Positions 32,770 to 42,358 are shown, numbered from the stretch's first letter. The stretch: DNA of 64,000 nucleotides from Gemmatimonadota bacterium (GCA_963666735.1 OY762926.1:992001-1056000), one strand, 5' to 3'. Made by a program: numbers and translations. The notes: generated from the letters alone by a model not told the origin.

Positions 32770-33962
32770 TCGTACACCATCCAGAGGGGACCCGGGAAGA
32801 GCCACGACAGGCCCTCGCGCAGCCGGTCGCGCCAGTTCTCCCAGTTGTGGCCATCGCGCGACTCGACGAAGCGCACGTTGGCGCCGCCGCGCCGGAGGGC
32901 GGGGATCAGGGCTCGATTCTCCGAGACGAGCGGTTCATAGACGCCCACGGAGACGAAGACCTTCTGCGCGACGGCGGTCGGCGCGTCCCGGTACGCGTTC
33001 ATCATCTCGACGATGCGGTCGAAGACGGGGCCGCTCTCGCTGGCGCCGATGTCCGTGAACAGGAACGAGCCGGACTGCAGCAGGAGGCGGCCGAAGCGGC
33101 CCGGGTGTTCGAGCGCGGCGTGGAAGGAGGCGACCGCACCGAGACTCGCGCCCATGAGACCGCGCGACTCCGGCTCCGGGAGGAGCGGGTAGTCGCGCTC
33201 GAGGCGCGGCAACAGTTCCTCGACGACGAACCGCGCGTGCGCCGGATCCGCCGAATACTCCGACATGCGGTCGCCGGGATGCAGCAACGCGACGATCATC
33301 CGCGGGATCTCGAAGCGGCCCATCAACTGGTCGAACACCGCGCGCAGGCTGGCGTACTCGAGGTAGTCCGCGCCGTCGTGGACGACGAGCAGCGGGTAGC
33401 TGCGGTTCGCACGGAACGCCGCCGGACGGTACACCGTGACGTGCCGGGCGGAATCGAGCGCCTCGCTTTCGACCACGAGTTCGTCGATCGCGCCGCGGTG
33501 GGCCTCCTCGCTCTCACGAGCCCAGCCGGGGATTTCGTAGCCGCGTGCCTGCACGACGGAGTTCGCGCCGAACGGATCGCGGGCGCGGTGGGGGTTCAGC
33601 GGATCCTCGATCCACTCCGCGCGGCCGTGGGCGAGCACCTCGATCTTGTACTCCACCCGCGACTCATCGGGGAGTTCGAGGGTGTAGCACCAGAGATCCG
33701 TTCCGTCCAGGCGGCGGAAGGGCGCCGAGGTCTGGAGTCCGTGCACCCAGTGCCGTAGGCGGACGGCGTCCGCGGGACCCCGATACACGAAGGTGTAGAG
33801 GGGCGGCTCGGAGAGCGGGAACTCGTTGGCATCGAGGAACGCGTCCACCGCGGCCGCCGCACCGGGACCCGGGACGAGCTGCTTCTCGAGCGCCGCGATG
33901 GCCGGCGAACGCGGCATGGACAGGTCGTGCCCCTGTTCGCGGAGGTTGGCGTCGAATCGCAT
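32766..33962 (-). CDS. Fes-like esterase with N-terminal Ig/CBM48-like domain
   Basis: N-terminal TFVYRG...LWCYTLEL...EYKI...DPLNP; VYRP, VHDGADY, GASLG, QSGSF, GHNWENWR. Start may be 33917. Confidence 0.8.
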   Translation of the reverse strand: MRFDANLREQGHDLSMPRSPAIAALEKQLVPGPGAAAAVDAFLDANEFPLSEPPLYTFVYRGPADAVRLRHWVHGLQTSAPFRRLDGTDLWCYTLELPDESRVEYKIEVLAHGRAEWIEDPLNPHRARDPFGANSVVQARGYEIPGWARESEEAHRGAIDELVVESEALDSARHVTVYRPAAFRANRSYPLLVVHDGADYLEYASLRAVFDQLMGRFEIPRMIVALLHPGDRMSEYSADPAHARFVVEELLPRLERDYPLLPEPESRGLMGASLGAVASFHAALEHPGRFGRLLLQSGSFLFTDIGASESGPVFDRIVEMMNAYRDAPTAVAQKVFVSVGVYEPLVSENRALIPALRRGGANVRFVESRDGHNWENWRDRLREGLSWLFPGPLWMVYE

Positions 33963-33969
33963 GGCCGGA

Positions 33970-34941
33970 CTACGCTGCCGCGCGGAAAGGGACCCGGCGG
34001 CCCGCCAGGTCGAGACGCTCGACGCCGTCCCCGCCGCTCCAGCCGTCGCCGGCCCGGTCGAGGCGGCGGCCCGGGTCGAGGAGGACGCAGGATGCCGGGG
34101 CGAAGCGGGCCGCGAGCCGCGCGCTGCGCGCCCGGTCGTCCAGCGCCAGGCGGGCCGAGGCGTGGGGAAGCGCGACGATCCCCGCGGCGAGCCCGAATCC
34201 CGCATCGAACACCTCGGAGTTCCCCTCCCCCCAGGGCGGCCGGTCGTGAAAGAGGACGATGCGCTCCGTCAGCACCATCGCGCCGGCCGAGCGGGCGATC
34301 ACGGTGCGGCTTCCGAGGAGATCCCGTCCGCCGAAGAGACGCAGCCGGCTGAGGAGATTCGAGACGTGCCCGCCCTCGAGGAGGATCGCCTCCGCCCCCT
34401 CGAGACGCGCGTTTACCTCCCGTCGCTGCGATCGCACGGCGTCGCGCTCGCCGGGCGCCATGCGCCGTTCGAACGCCGAGCGAATCTCGACCACGCGGTC
34501 GAGATGGCGCGCATCGAGGCGCCGAATCGCTTCGAGGGCCTCATCCCGTTCCTCGGCGAGCACCGTCTCGTCGCCTCGCAGGTCGGCCAGCCGCCGATGG
34601 GCCTCGATGAGACCGTGGAGCCGCAGGTTGTAGGCGCGCCGCAGCGCCCGGAGCCGGTCGCGGCTCGCCCGGTGCGCCCGCGCGAGCTCCGCGTCCGCTT
34701 CGGCGATCCGGTCGGAGCGCCGATAGAGCTCAAGGTCCACGACGCGGTCGGCGAGGCGGGGATCGACCAGGCCTTCGTTCGCCTCGCGGTCCCGCCACCC
34801 CGCGGTGACGGCCGCGATCCGCGCGCCCGGCGACAGCGCGCCCTCGGCCTCCAGTTCCCGGACCACGTCCCGGAGCGTGAGGCCGCCTCCTCGCGGACCC
34901 AGGAGGACGAGCGGCGACCGCGACCCGGCGCCGTCGGCCAT
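33970..34941 (-). CDS. Peptidase S51 / class I glutamine amidotransferase-like hydrolase (peptidase E/cyanophycinase-like)
   Basis: VTAGW, LEGGHV, ARSAGAM (xSAGA nucleophile), LPHA. Confidence 0.65.
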   Translation of the reverse strand: MADGAGSRSPLVLLGPRGGGLTLRDVVRELEAEGALSPGARIAAVTAGWRDREANEGLVDPRLADRVVDLELYRRSDRIAEADAELARAHRASRDRLRALRRAYNLRLHGLIEAHRRLADLRGDETVLAEERDEALEAIRRLDARHLDRVVEIRSAFERRMAPGERDAVRSQRREVNARLEGAEAILLEGGHVSNLLSRLRLFGGRDLLGSRTVIARSAGAMVLTERIVLFHDRPPWGEGNSEVFDAGFGLAAGIVALPHASARLALDDRARSARLAARFAPASCVLLDPGRRLDRAGDGWSGGDGVERLDLAGRRVPFRAAA

Positions 34942-34961
34942 CCGACGCCTTCTCGACGCCC

Positions 34962-36185
34962 TCATGCGGCGCGCACCCGCACCCACCGCCCCACGGCGTC
35001 GAGCATCGCGCGGAGTTCGTCGTAATCCGGGTGCCGCAGGCGGAGCCAGGCGTTCGCCATGTATCCGGCCTCCACCGGTTGGGTGGGCGTACCGGGCGGC
35101 GGCAGGTGCGTGTCGATGATCCACTCTCCGAAACGGGCTTCCACCTTCTCCAGACCCTCGTACCCCGCGATCCGTCCATCGTTTTCGGGCCGCAACGTCA
35201 CGATCCCCGCCGAGTACCGGCGCGACGCGTCCTGCGATTTGCGGCCGTGCACGAGGCAGGCCGCCCACTCGCGGTACACGTCCATTTCGTTCGCCGCTCC
35301 ATACAGGTCCCAGGCCCGTACGCCGGGGGGACGACAACCGATCTCGGAGAACTTGAGCCCTTTGTCGCCGAAGAACCATTCCATGTGGGTCGCCGAGGTC
35401 CCGATCTCGAGCGCATCGATGACCCGCCGCCCCAGTTCCCTGACTTCGGCGTATGCATCGGCGGTGTCGATCCGGTTCGTGGCGATGAACTGGGGCGACA
35501 CGTCACGGGTCCGCATGGCCTCGAGCACGTTCGGGTAGTAGTGGGTCATGAAGTCGTGGACCACCGCGCCGCCCACCGTCAGCGTGTCGTAGAAGGCCTC
35601 GTGTCCGTCGACGAACTCCTCGACGGCCACTTCGGCTCCCTGCCCCACGCCGAGGCGCGGGAGCAACGCCGCGAGCCGGGCCTCATCGTCGACGCGATAC
35701 GTGCCCGAGGCGCCGGCCCCGGCGCGAGGCTTGACGATGAGCGGATAGCCGACCCGTCCGCCGAAACGCACGATCTCCTCCGCGTCGCCTCCACCCATGG
35801 ACTGCGCCGTCGCGATCCCCGCACCGCGAAGGGCGTCCTTCATGGCCGGCTTGTCGCGGCACAGGTGCGCGGTGCGCACGGAGGTCCCGGCCAGCCCCGC
35901 GGCTTCCCGCACGCGGGCGGCCGGGAGGATGTGGGCTTCGACCGTGGCCTCGAGGCGATCCACGGGCCGCCGCCGGTGGATCTCGTGAAGCGCGTGTGCG
36001 AGCGCGCCCTCGTCGCACACGGAACCGACCTGCTCGTAGCAGGTGAGCCACCGGTGCAGGTCGGCGCCCAGCGCTTCCGGCGGGGCTTCGCCCACCGCGG
36101 ACACTTCCGCGCCGATCTCGTGCAGGCCGCGCACGAAGGCTTTCTGGTTCCCGGGGAACAGGGGTTCAACGAATACGACGTGCAT
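34962..36185 (-). CDS. ATP-grasp domain protein (L-amino acid ligase-like), paralog 1
   Basis: RDKPAMK, GYPLIVKPRAGAGA, EEFVDG, THMEWF, SEIGCRPPG. Confidence 0.85.
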   Translation of the reverse strand: MHVVFVEPLFPGNQKAFVRGLHEIGAEVSAVGEAPPEALGADLHRWLTCYEQVGSVCDEGALAHALHEIHRRRPVDRLEATVEAHILPAARVREAAGLAGTSVRTAHLCRDKPAMKDALRGAGIATAQSMGGGDAEEIVRFGGRVGYPLIVKPRAGAGASGTYRVDDEARLAALLPRLGVGQGAEVAVEEFVDGHEAFYDTLTVGGAVVHDFMTHYYPNVLEAMRTRDVSPQFIATNRIDTADAYAEVRELGRRVIDALEIGTSATHMEWFFGDKGLKFSEIGCRPPGVRAWDLYGAANEMDVYREWAACLVHGRKSQDASRRYSAGIVTLRPENDGRIAGYEGLEKVEARFGEWIIDTHLPPPGTPTQPVEAGYMANAWLRLRHPDYDELRAMLDAVGRWVRVRAA

Positions 36186-36308
36186 GCTTCGCCAACGACT
36201 CGCGGGGAAAACTTCACTTTGGGGGCTCGACATAGTACAGTCCCTGCTCTCGAACGCCAGCCCGTCCGGCGGCGGCCGTCCGGCCCGCCGCGGCAACCCG
36301 GAAGATCC

Positions 36309-37532
36309 ATGCCCAACGTCGCATTCGTCGCCCCGTTCTATCTTCCCACCACGCTGCGCTTTCTGGAAGCCGCCGCGGGGCGCGCCGACGTGCGCCTCGG
36401 GGTCGTGACGCAGGAGCCGCTCGAGCGAACGCCGGCCTCGCTGCGGCGGGGGGTCGCGGCGCACGTCCAGGTCGAGGACGCCCTGTCGGCGGAGGGGATT
36501 CACAGCGGGCTGCGCCGGCTCTCCGCGGAACTCGGCGGGATCGACCGCCTGCTGGGCGCGCTCGAGGAACTTCAGGTGCCGCTCGGGGAGCTGCGCGACG
36601 CGCTGGGAATCGCGGGCATGGGCGCGGCCGCCGCGGACAACTTCCGCGACAAGTCGCGCATGAAGGACGTGCTCCGGGCGCACGGTCTGCCCTGTGCCCG
36701 ACACGCGCTGGTCCGCGGCGAGGGCGAGGCGACCGCCTTCTCGGATACTGCCGGCTTCCCGCTCATCGTGAAGCCGCCGGCCGGTTCCGGAGCCCGCGGC
36801 ACGTTCCGCGTCGAAACGCCGGCGCAGTTGCGCACGGCGATCGCGATGTCCCGGCCGAGCGCGGAGCGGCCGACGCTCATCGAGGAGTTCATCGTCGGCG
36901 AGGAACACTCCTTCGACGGGGTCTCGGTCGGCGGGCACGTCGTCTGGCATTCGATCAACCACTACCTGCCCTCGCCGCTCGAGGTGCTGCGCGAGCCGTG
37001 GATCCAGTGGTGCGTCCTCCTTCCGCGGGAGGTCGATTCGCCCCGGTACGAGGAGATCCGGCGCGTCGCGGGACCCGCGCTCGATGCGCTCGGGATGGAG
37101 ACGGGGCTGAGCCACATGGAGTGGTTCCGGCGGCCCGACGGTTCGGTGGCGATCTCCGAAGTCGGAGCCCGGCCGCCGGGCGCCCAGTTCGTCACGCTGA
37201 TCTCCCAGGCCCACGACTTCGACCTCTACCTTGCCTGGGCCCACCTCCTGGTCTTCGATGAATTCGATCCCCCGCCCCGCCCCTACGCGGCCGGCGCGGC
37301 CTATCTCCGGGGACAGGGCCGGGGCCCCGTGCGGCGGGTGGCCGGCATCGAGGCGATCGCGAGGGATCTCGGGCCGCTGTGCGTCGAGTGGCGCCTCCCC
37401 CGCACGGGACAGGCGCAGAGCGCGTCGTACGAGGGAGAGGGCTACATCATCGTCCGCCACCCGCGCACCGAGGTCGTCGAGGAGGCGCTGGGGCGGATCA
37501 TCACCGAGGTAAGGGTGGAGTTGAGTACATGA
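36309..37532 (+). CDS. ATP-grasp domain protein (L-amino acid ligase-like), paralog 2
   Basis: RDKSRMK, GFPLIVKPPAGSGA, EEFIVG, SHMEWF, SEVGARPPG. Confidence 0.85.
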   Translation: MPNVAFVAPFYLPTTLRFLEAAAGRADVRLGVVTQEPLERTPASLRRGVAAHVQVEDALSAEGIHSGLRRLSAELGGIDRLLGALEELQVPLGELRDALGIAGMGAAAADNFRDKSRMKDVLRAHGLPCARHALVRGEGEATAFSDTAGFPLIVKPPAGSGARGTFRVETPAQLRTAIAMSRPSAERPTLIEEFIVGEEHSFDGVSVGGHVVWHSINHYLPSPLEVLREPWIQWCVLLPREVDSPRYEEIRRVAGPALDALGMETGLSHMEWFRRPDGSVAISEVGARPPGAQFVTLISQAHDFDLYLAWAHLLVFDEFDPPPRPYAAGAAYLRGQGRGPVRRVAGIEAIARDLGPLCVEWRLPRTGQAQSASYEGEGYIIVRHPRTEVVEEALGRIITEVRVELST

Positions 37533-38746
37533 ACGTGCTGATGATTTCGCCGGGGTACCCGGCCGAGATGACGTACTTCACGCGCGGGCTCGCGGAAGTG
37601 GGCGCGAACGTCATCGGCCTGGGCGATCAGCCCGGGTCGGCGCTGCCCGAGATCGCCCGGGCGAGCGTGTCCACCCACCTGCAGGTGAGATCGCTGGCGG
37701 ATGAGGCGGACGTGATGCGGCAGGTCGCCGCGCTCGGCGCGAGAACCCGGATCGACCGCGTGGAGTGCCTGTGGGAACCCTTCATGATCCTCGCCGCGCG
37801 GCTGCGCGAGATGCTGGAGCTGCCGGGGCCGACGGTCGAGCAGACGCTCCCCTTCCGCGACAAGGAAGTGATGAAGGACGTCCTCGACGGCGCCGGGATC
37901 CGGACGCCCCGCCACGGGAGGGCCACGAGCAGCGCGGAGTGCCGCGAGGTCGCGGAGCGCGTCGGCTTCCCGCTCATCGTGAAGCCCGTCGACGGCGCCG
38001 GCTCGGCCGACACGCACCGGGTCGATTCGGCGCGGGACCTGGAGCGGATCCTTCCCGCCCTCCGGCACGTCCCGCAGGTCACGGTCGAGGAGTTCATCGA
38101 GGGCGAGGACATGACCTTCGACACGGTCACGGTCGGAGGGGTCGTCGCGCACTACAACATCTGCCGCTACTGGCCCCGCGCGCTCGAGTCGAAGACGCAC
38201 GAGTGGCTCAGCCCCATCACCTATGCGCTGCGCGACGTGGAAGCGGATGATCTGGCCGTCGGACGCGAGATGGGGTTCGCCGTGCTCGCCGCGCTCGGAT
38301 TCGAGACCGGCTACACGCACATGGAGTGGTACCGGACGGCGGACGGGGAGGCCGTGTTCGGCGAGATCGCCGCGAGGCCCCCCGGCGTGCGGACGGTCGA
38401 TCTCATCAATTTCGCGAGCGACATCGACACCTATCGCGGGTGGGCCGAAGGGGTCGTGCACGCGAAGTGGTCGCAGCCGGTGGAACGGAAGTACAACGCC
38501 TGCTGGATCGTCAAGCGGGCGCGCGGGCAGGGCCGGATCCAGCGCATCGAAGGGCTCGCCCCGCTGCTCCAGGAGTACGGCGAGCGGGTGTGCAGCCTGG
38601 ATCTGCTCCCGGTCGGGGCACCCCGGCGGAACTGGCAGGCCACGCTCGTCTCCGACGGGATGATCTTCCTCCGCCACCCGGACATCGAGACGCTGGAGAC
38701 GATCGCCGGCGAGTTCGTGACGCGGCTGCAACTCTACGCGGCCTGA
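37529..38746 (+). CDS. ATP-grasp domain protein (L-amino acid ligase-like), paralog 3
   Basis: RDKEVMK, GFPLIVKPVDGAGS, EEFIEG, THMEWY, GEIAARPPG; ATGA overlap with paralog 2. Confidence 0.85.
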   Translation: MNVLMISPGYPAEMTYFTRGLAEVGANVIGLGDQPGSALPEIARASVSTHLQVRSLADEADVMRQVAALGARTRIDRVECLWEPFMILAARLREMLELPGPTVEQTLPFRDKEVMKDVLDGAGIRTPRHGRATSSAECREVAERVGFPLIVKPVDGAGSADTHRVDSARDLERILPALRHVPQVTVEEFIEGEDMTFDTVTVGGVVAHYNICRYWPRALESKTHEWLSPITYALRDVEADDLAVGREMGFAVLAALGFETGYTHMEWYRTADGEAVFGEIAARPPGVRTVDLINFASDIDTYRGWAEGVVHAKWSQPVERKYNACWIVKRARGQGRIQRIEGLAPLLQEYGERVCSLDLLPVGAPRRNWQATLVSDGMIFLRHPDIETLETIAGEFVTRLQLYAA

Positions 38747-40755
38747 TCCCCTTCACCCGAGCCTTCCGAGCGCGCGAGCACGAGAAACCCCAGCGGCGGG
38801 AGATCGACCGGGAGCGAGGCGGGACGTCCATGGCGGGGCGCCTCCCCGGCGCTCGGCGGCAGTGCGGTGCGCCCGCCCCCCCCGAAGGCCGGATCGCCGC
38901 TGTCCAGCAGGACGCGGTAGGGTCCGGCTTCGGGAAGTGCGACCCGGTAGTGCGGCCACGCGGTGGCGGAGAAATTCGCCACCACGACGAGACACCCCTC
39001 CCACTCCGGCCGCCAGCGCACGTAGCTCAGCACGCTGTGCCGGGCATCGTGCACGTCGAGCCACTCGAACCCTTGCGGCGCGTGGTCGAGCGCGTGTAGC
39101 GCGGGTTCTTCCGCGTACAGACGGTTCAGCGCGCGCACCCAGCGCCGGAGCCCGCGATGCGACCGGTACGCCGGGTTCGATGGCGCATCCGGAAGACTCC
39201 AGTCCAGCTCACGGTCTTCGTTCCATTCCCGCCGCTGCCCGATCTCCCCTCCCATGAAGAGGAGCTTGGCTCCCGGGTGCGTCCACATGTAGCCGAGGAG
39301 GAGGCGGACACCGGCGAACTTCTCCTCGTCCGTCCCCGGCATCTTCTCCACGAGAGAACGCTTGAGGTGAACAACTTCATCGTGCGACAGAGGAAGGAGA
39401 TGTCGTTCCGTGTGCGCGTAGTGAAGAGAGAACGTCAGGTGCCGGTGCAGACGCGGCCGCCGCTCCGGCGGGGCGGCCAGGACCCGGAGCGTGTCGTTCA
39501 TCCACCCCATGTTCCACTTGAAGTCGAACCCGAGCCCTCCCTCGTCCACCGGCGCCGTCACGCCCGGCCATGCACTGCTCTCCTCCGCGAACAGGAGGAC
39601 GCCCGGACAGTCGCGGTGGACCATCTCCGAGAGCCCTTTGAGGAAGGCGATCGCGCCGAGGTTCTCCCGTCCCCCGAGTTCGTTCGGCTCCCAGTCGCCC
39701 TCGTCCCGCGAATAGTCCAGGTGGAGCATCGACGCCACCGCATCGACGCGCAGGCCGTCCACGTGATAGCGCTCGATCCAGTAGCGGGCGCTCGAGAGGA
39801 GGAATGAGACGACCTCCGGCCGGCTGAAATCGAAGGCGAGCGTGCCCCAATCCGGATGCACGGCCCGTGATTCCTCCCCCATCTCGTAAAGGGGGGCGCC
39901 GTCGAACGTCCTCAGGCCGTGGAGGTCGGGGCCGAAGTGGCCCGGCACCCAGTCGAGCACGACGCCCAGCCCCAGGCGGTGGGCTTCATCCACGAAGTGC
40001 GCGAAGTCCTCCGGAGGCCCGTAGCGGGAAGTGGGAGCGAAGTATCCGACCGTCTGATACCCCCAACTCCCGTCATACGGGTGCTCCATGACGGGGAGGA
40101 GTTCGATGTGCGTGAAACCCAGGTCGGCGGCGTAGGGCAGCAACTCCCGGGCGAGCGCGCGGTACCCCGGCCACGAGCCGTCCGCGTTGCGGCGCCAGGA
40201 ACCGGGATGCACCTCGTAGATGGAGATGGGGACGCCGGCGGCCGCGCGTTCCCGGCGAGTCTCGACCCACGCCGCATCCGTCCAGTCGTACGGGCCGGTC
40301 GACACGACCCGCGACGCCGTGCCCGGCCTGACCTCGGCGGCGCGTCCGAGGGGATCCGCCTTGTCGACCGAGCTGGAGGGCGGGGCCACCGCGCCGTCCG
40401 TCCCGGAAGCTATCCGAAACTTGTACAGGTCTCCGGGCCCGACGCCGGGGAGAAAGCGTTCCCACACGCCGGCGTCCCCCACCGGAGACATGGGATGCGC
40501 CTCTCCGTCCCAATCGTTGAACGAGCCCACGACGCTGACCCGCCGGGCGCGCGGGGCCCATACGGCGAAGCGCGTGCCCGCCTCTCCGCCGCGCTCGCAC
40601 GGGTGCGCGCCGAGCAGATCGTGGAGCGCGGACTCCCTTCCGGCGCGGAACGCCCCGAAGTCGGACGCCTGCAGAGGGAACGAAGGGTCGCGCGCCGGGG
40701 TTTGGAGAGGTCCGGGCGGGCCGCTAGCTTTTTCGTGTTCGATCTGCCACCTCAT
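38734..40755 (-). CDS. glgB: 1,4-alpha-glucan branching enzyme (GH13)
   Basis: FAVWAP, IYEVHPGSW, SWGYQ, DWVPGHF, GLRVDAVASM, AEES, KWNMGWMND, LSHDEVVH. Confidence 0.95.
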   Translation of the reverse strand: MRWQIEHEKASGPPGPLQTPARDPSFPLQASDFGAFRAGRESALHDLLGAHPCERGGEAGTRFAVWAPRARRVSVVGSFNDWDGEAHPMSPVGDAGVWERFLPGVGPGDLYKFRIASGTDGAVAPPSSSVDKADPLGRAAEVRPGTASRVVSTGPYDWTDAAWVETRRERAAAGVPISIYEVHPGSWRRNADGSWPGYRALARELLPYAADLGFTHIELLPVMEHPYDGSWGYQTVGYFAPTSRYGPPEDFAHFVDEAHRLGLGVVLDWVPGHFGPDLHGLRTFDGAPLYEMGEESRAVHPDWGTLAFDFSRPEVVSFLLSSARYWIERYHVDGLRVDAVASMLHLDYSRDEGDWEPNELGGRENLGAIAFLKGLSEMVHRDCPGVLLFAEESSAWPGVTAPVDEGGLGFDFKWNMGWMNDTLRVLAAPPERRPRLHRHLTFSLHYAHTERHLLPLSHDEVVHLKRSLVEKMPGTDEEKFAGVRLLLGYMWTHPGAKLLFMGGEIGQRREWNEDRELDWSLPDAPSNPAYRSHRGLRRWVRALNRLYAEEPALHALDHAPQGFEWLDVHDARHSVLSYVRWRPEWEGCLVVVANFSATAWPHYRVALPEAGPYRVLLDSGDPAFGGGGRTALPPSAGEAPRHGRPASLPVDLPPLGFLVLARSEGSGEGDQAA

Positions 40756-40823
40756 CACGGCGCGTCCGTCCGGGACCGGGCGCCGTCCCTTGCAGCCACA
40801 CATTCGCCACTTCGCGACGAAGT

Positions 40824-42344
40824 ATGAGCCGCATGCCTGCAATCGCCAAGCCAGCGCCGACACGACCGCGGACGGGGGTCAAGCCCCCGGAGGAACTCGC
40901 CGTCGTGCATCTCGCCGCCGAGTACTGGCCGTACGCCCGCACCGGCGGCCTCGCGGAGGCGGTGCGCGGTATCGCCACTTTCCAGGCGGCCCAGGGCACC
41001 CCCGTCACGGTGTTCATGCCGCTCTACCGGTCGGTGCGTGAGGCCTTCCCGGACCTGGAGCCGATTGCGGACAGCTTCCACGTGCGCGCGGGCCGTCGGG
41101 TGGAGGAGGTCCGGATTCTCCAGCATCCCGGCCCGCGCCGGAACCCGCGGGTGCTCTTCGTCGATCATCCCGGGTGCTTCGACCGCGATGGGATCTACGG
41201 GGACGGCGGGGCGGATTACGAGGACAACCCGCTGCGCTTCGCGCTCTACAACCTCGCGGCGCTCCAGATTCTGCCGGAACTCGCCAACGTGCCCGTCGTC
41301 GTCCACGCGCACGACTGGCATGCGGCCCTCGCCCCCGTCTTCCTGCGCACGCGGTTCGCGGGACGCGAGGCGCATGACCGCATGGCGGCCGTCCTCTCCA
41401 TTCACAACGCCGGCTACCAGGGACTTCAGGGGCCCGAAACGCTCGAGGAAATCGGGCTGCCGCGCGAACTGTTTCACTGGCGCCGCATGGAGTTCTACGG
41501 CCACCTGAACCTGCTCAAGGGGGGGCTCGTGTTCGCCGACTACGCGACGACCGTGAGTCCCACGCACGCGCACGAGCTTCGCACGGCCACCGGCGGGTTC
41601 GGTCTCCACGGCTCGTTCATCGAGATGGGCGATCGCTTCCTGGGCATCCTGAACGGAGTCGATCTGGAAGTCTGGAATCCCGAGACGGACGAGGAGATCG
41701 CGGCCACGTTCTCGAGCGCGGACCTGACCGGGAAAGCCGCGTGCAAGCGGGCGCTGCAGCGGGAGTACTTCCTGGCCGAGGCGCCGCGCGAACCGCTGTA
41801 CGGGATGACCGCGCGGCTCGTCGGGCAGAAGGGGCTCGACCTGCTCATCGACGGCGGGCCCCTGGAGCGGGCCGAAGGCCAGTTCATCTTTCTCGGCCAG
41901 GGCGAGGACCGGTACGAAACGGCGCTGCGCGAGTTGGCCGGGCGGTATCCCGACCGGATCGCCGTGGATACCGAGTTCACCGAACCCAAGGAGCACCGGC
42001 TCCTGGCGGGCATCGACCTCCTCCTGATGCCGTCGCTCTACGAACCCTGCGGTCTCACGCAGATGCGGGCGCAGCTCTACGGCGTGCTTCCGGTCGCCCG
42101 CCGCGTCGGGGGGCTGGCCGACACCATCGAGGACCAGGTCACGGGCTTCCTCTTCGACGGATATACGTCGGAAGACCTCGAGATCGCGCTCGGGCGGGCC
42201 GCCGCGCTGTACGCCGGGAGCTCGGAGGCGTGGTGCGAGCATCTGGTTCAGGCGATGACCCGCGATTTCGGCTGGGCCGGGAGCGCGGCCCGCTACCTGG
42301 ACGTGTACCGGCGCGCGCTCGCCGCGCACGCTCCGGACGACTGA
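40824..42344 (+). CDS. glgA: Glycogen synthase (GT5)
   Basis: AEYWPYARTGGLA, HAHDWH, SIHNAGYQG, TTVSPTHA, GILNGVD, RLVGQKG, MPSLYEPCGLTQM, VGGLADTI. Confidence 0.93.
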   Translation: MSRMPAIAKPAPTRPRTGVKPPEELAVVHLAAEYWPYARTGGLAEAVRGIATFQAAQGTPVTVFMPLYRSVREAFPDLEPIADSFHVRAGRRVEEVRILQHPGPRRNPRVLFVDHPGCFDRDGIYGDGGADYEDNPLRFALYNLAALQILPELANVPVVVHAHDWHAALAPVFLRTRFAGREAHDRMAAVLSIHNAGYQGLQGPETLEEIGLPRELFHWRRMEFYGHLNLLKGGLVFADYATTVSPTHAHELRTATGGFGLHGSFIEMGDRFLGILNGVDLEVWNPETDEEIAATFSSADLTGKAACKRALQREYFLAEAPREPLYGMTARLVGQKGLDLLIDGGPLERAEGQFIFLGQGEDRYETALRELAGRYPDRIAVDTEFTEPKEHRLLAGIDLLLMPSLYEPCGLTQMRAQLYGVLPVARRVGGLADTIEDQVTGFLFDGYTSEDLEIALGRAAALYAGSSEAWCEHLVQAMTRDFGWAGSAARYLDVYRRALAAHAPDD

Positions 42345-42358
42345 ACCCGTCGTCGGCC

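Noticed and set aside
30725..38746. Graspetide (RiPP) or siderophore cluster
   Set aside because: No precursor peptide with repeated cores, no transporter and no TonB receptor or NRPS genes; the ligases look LAL/RimK-like.
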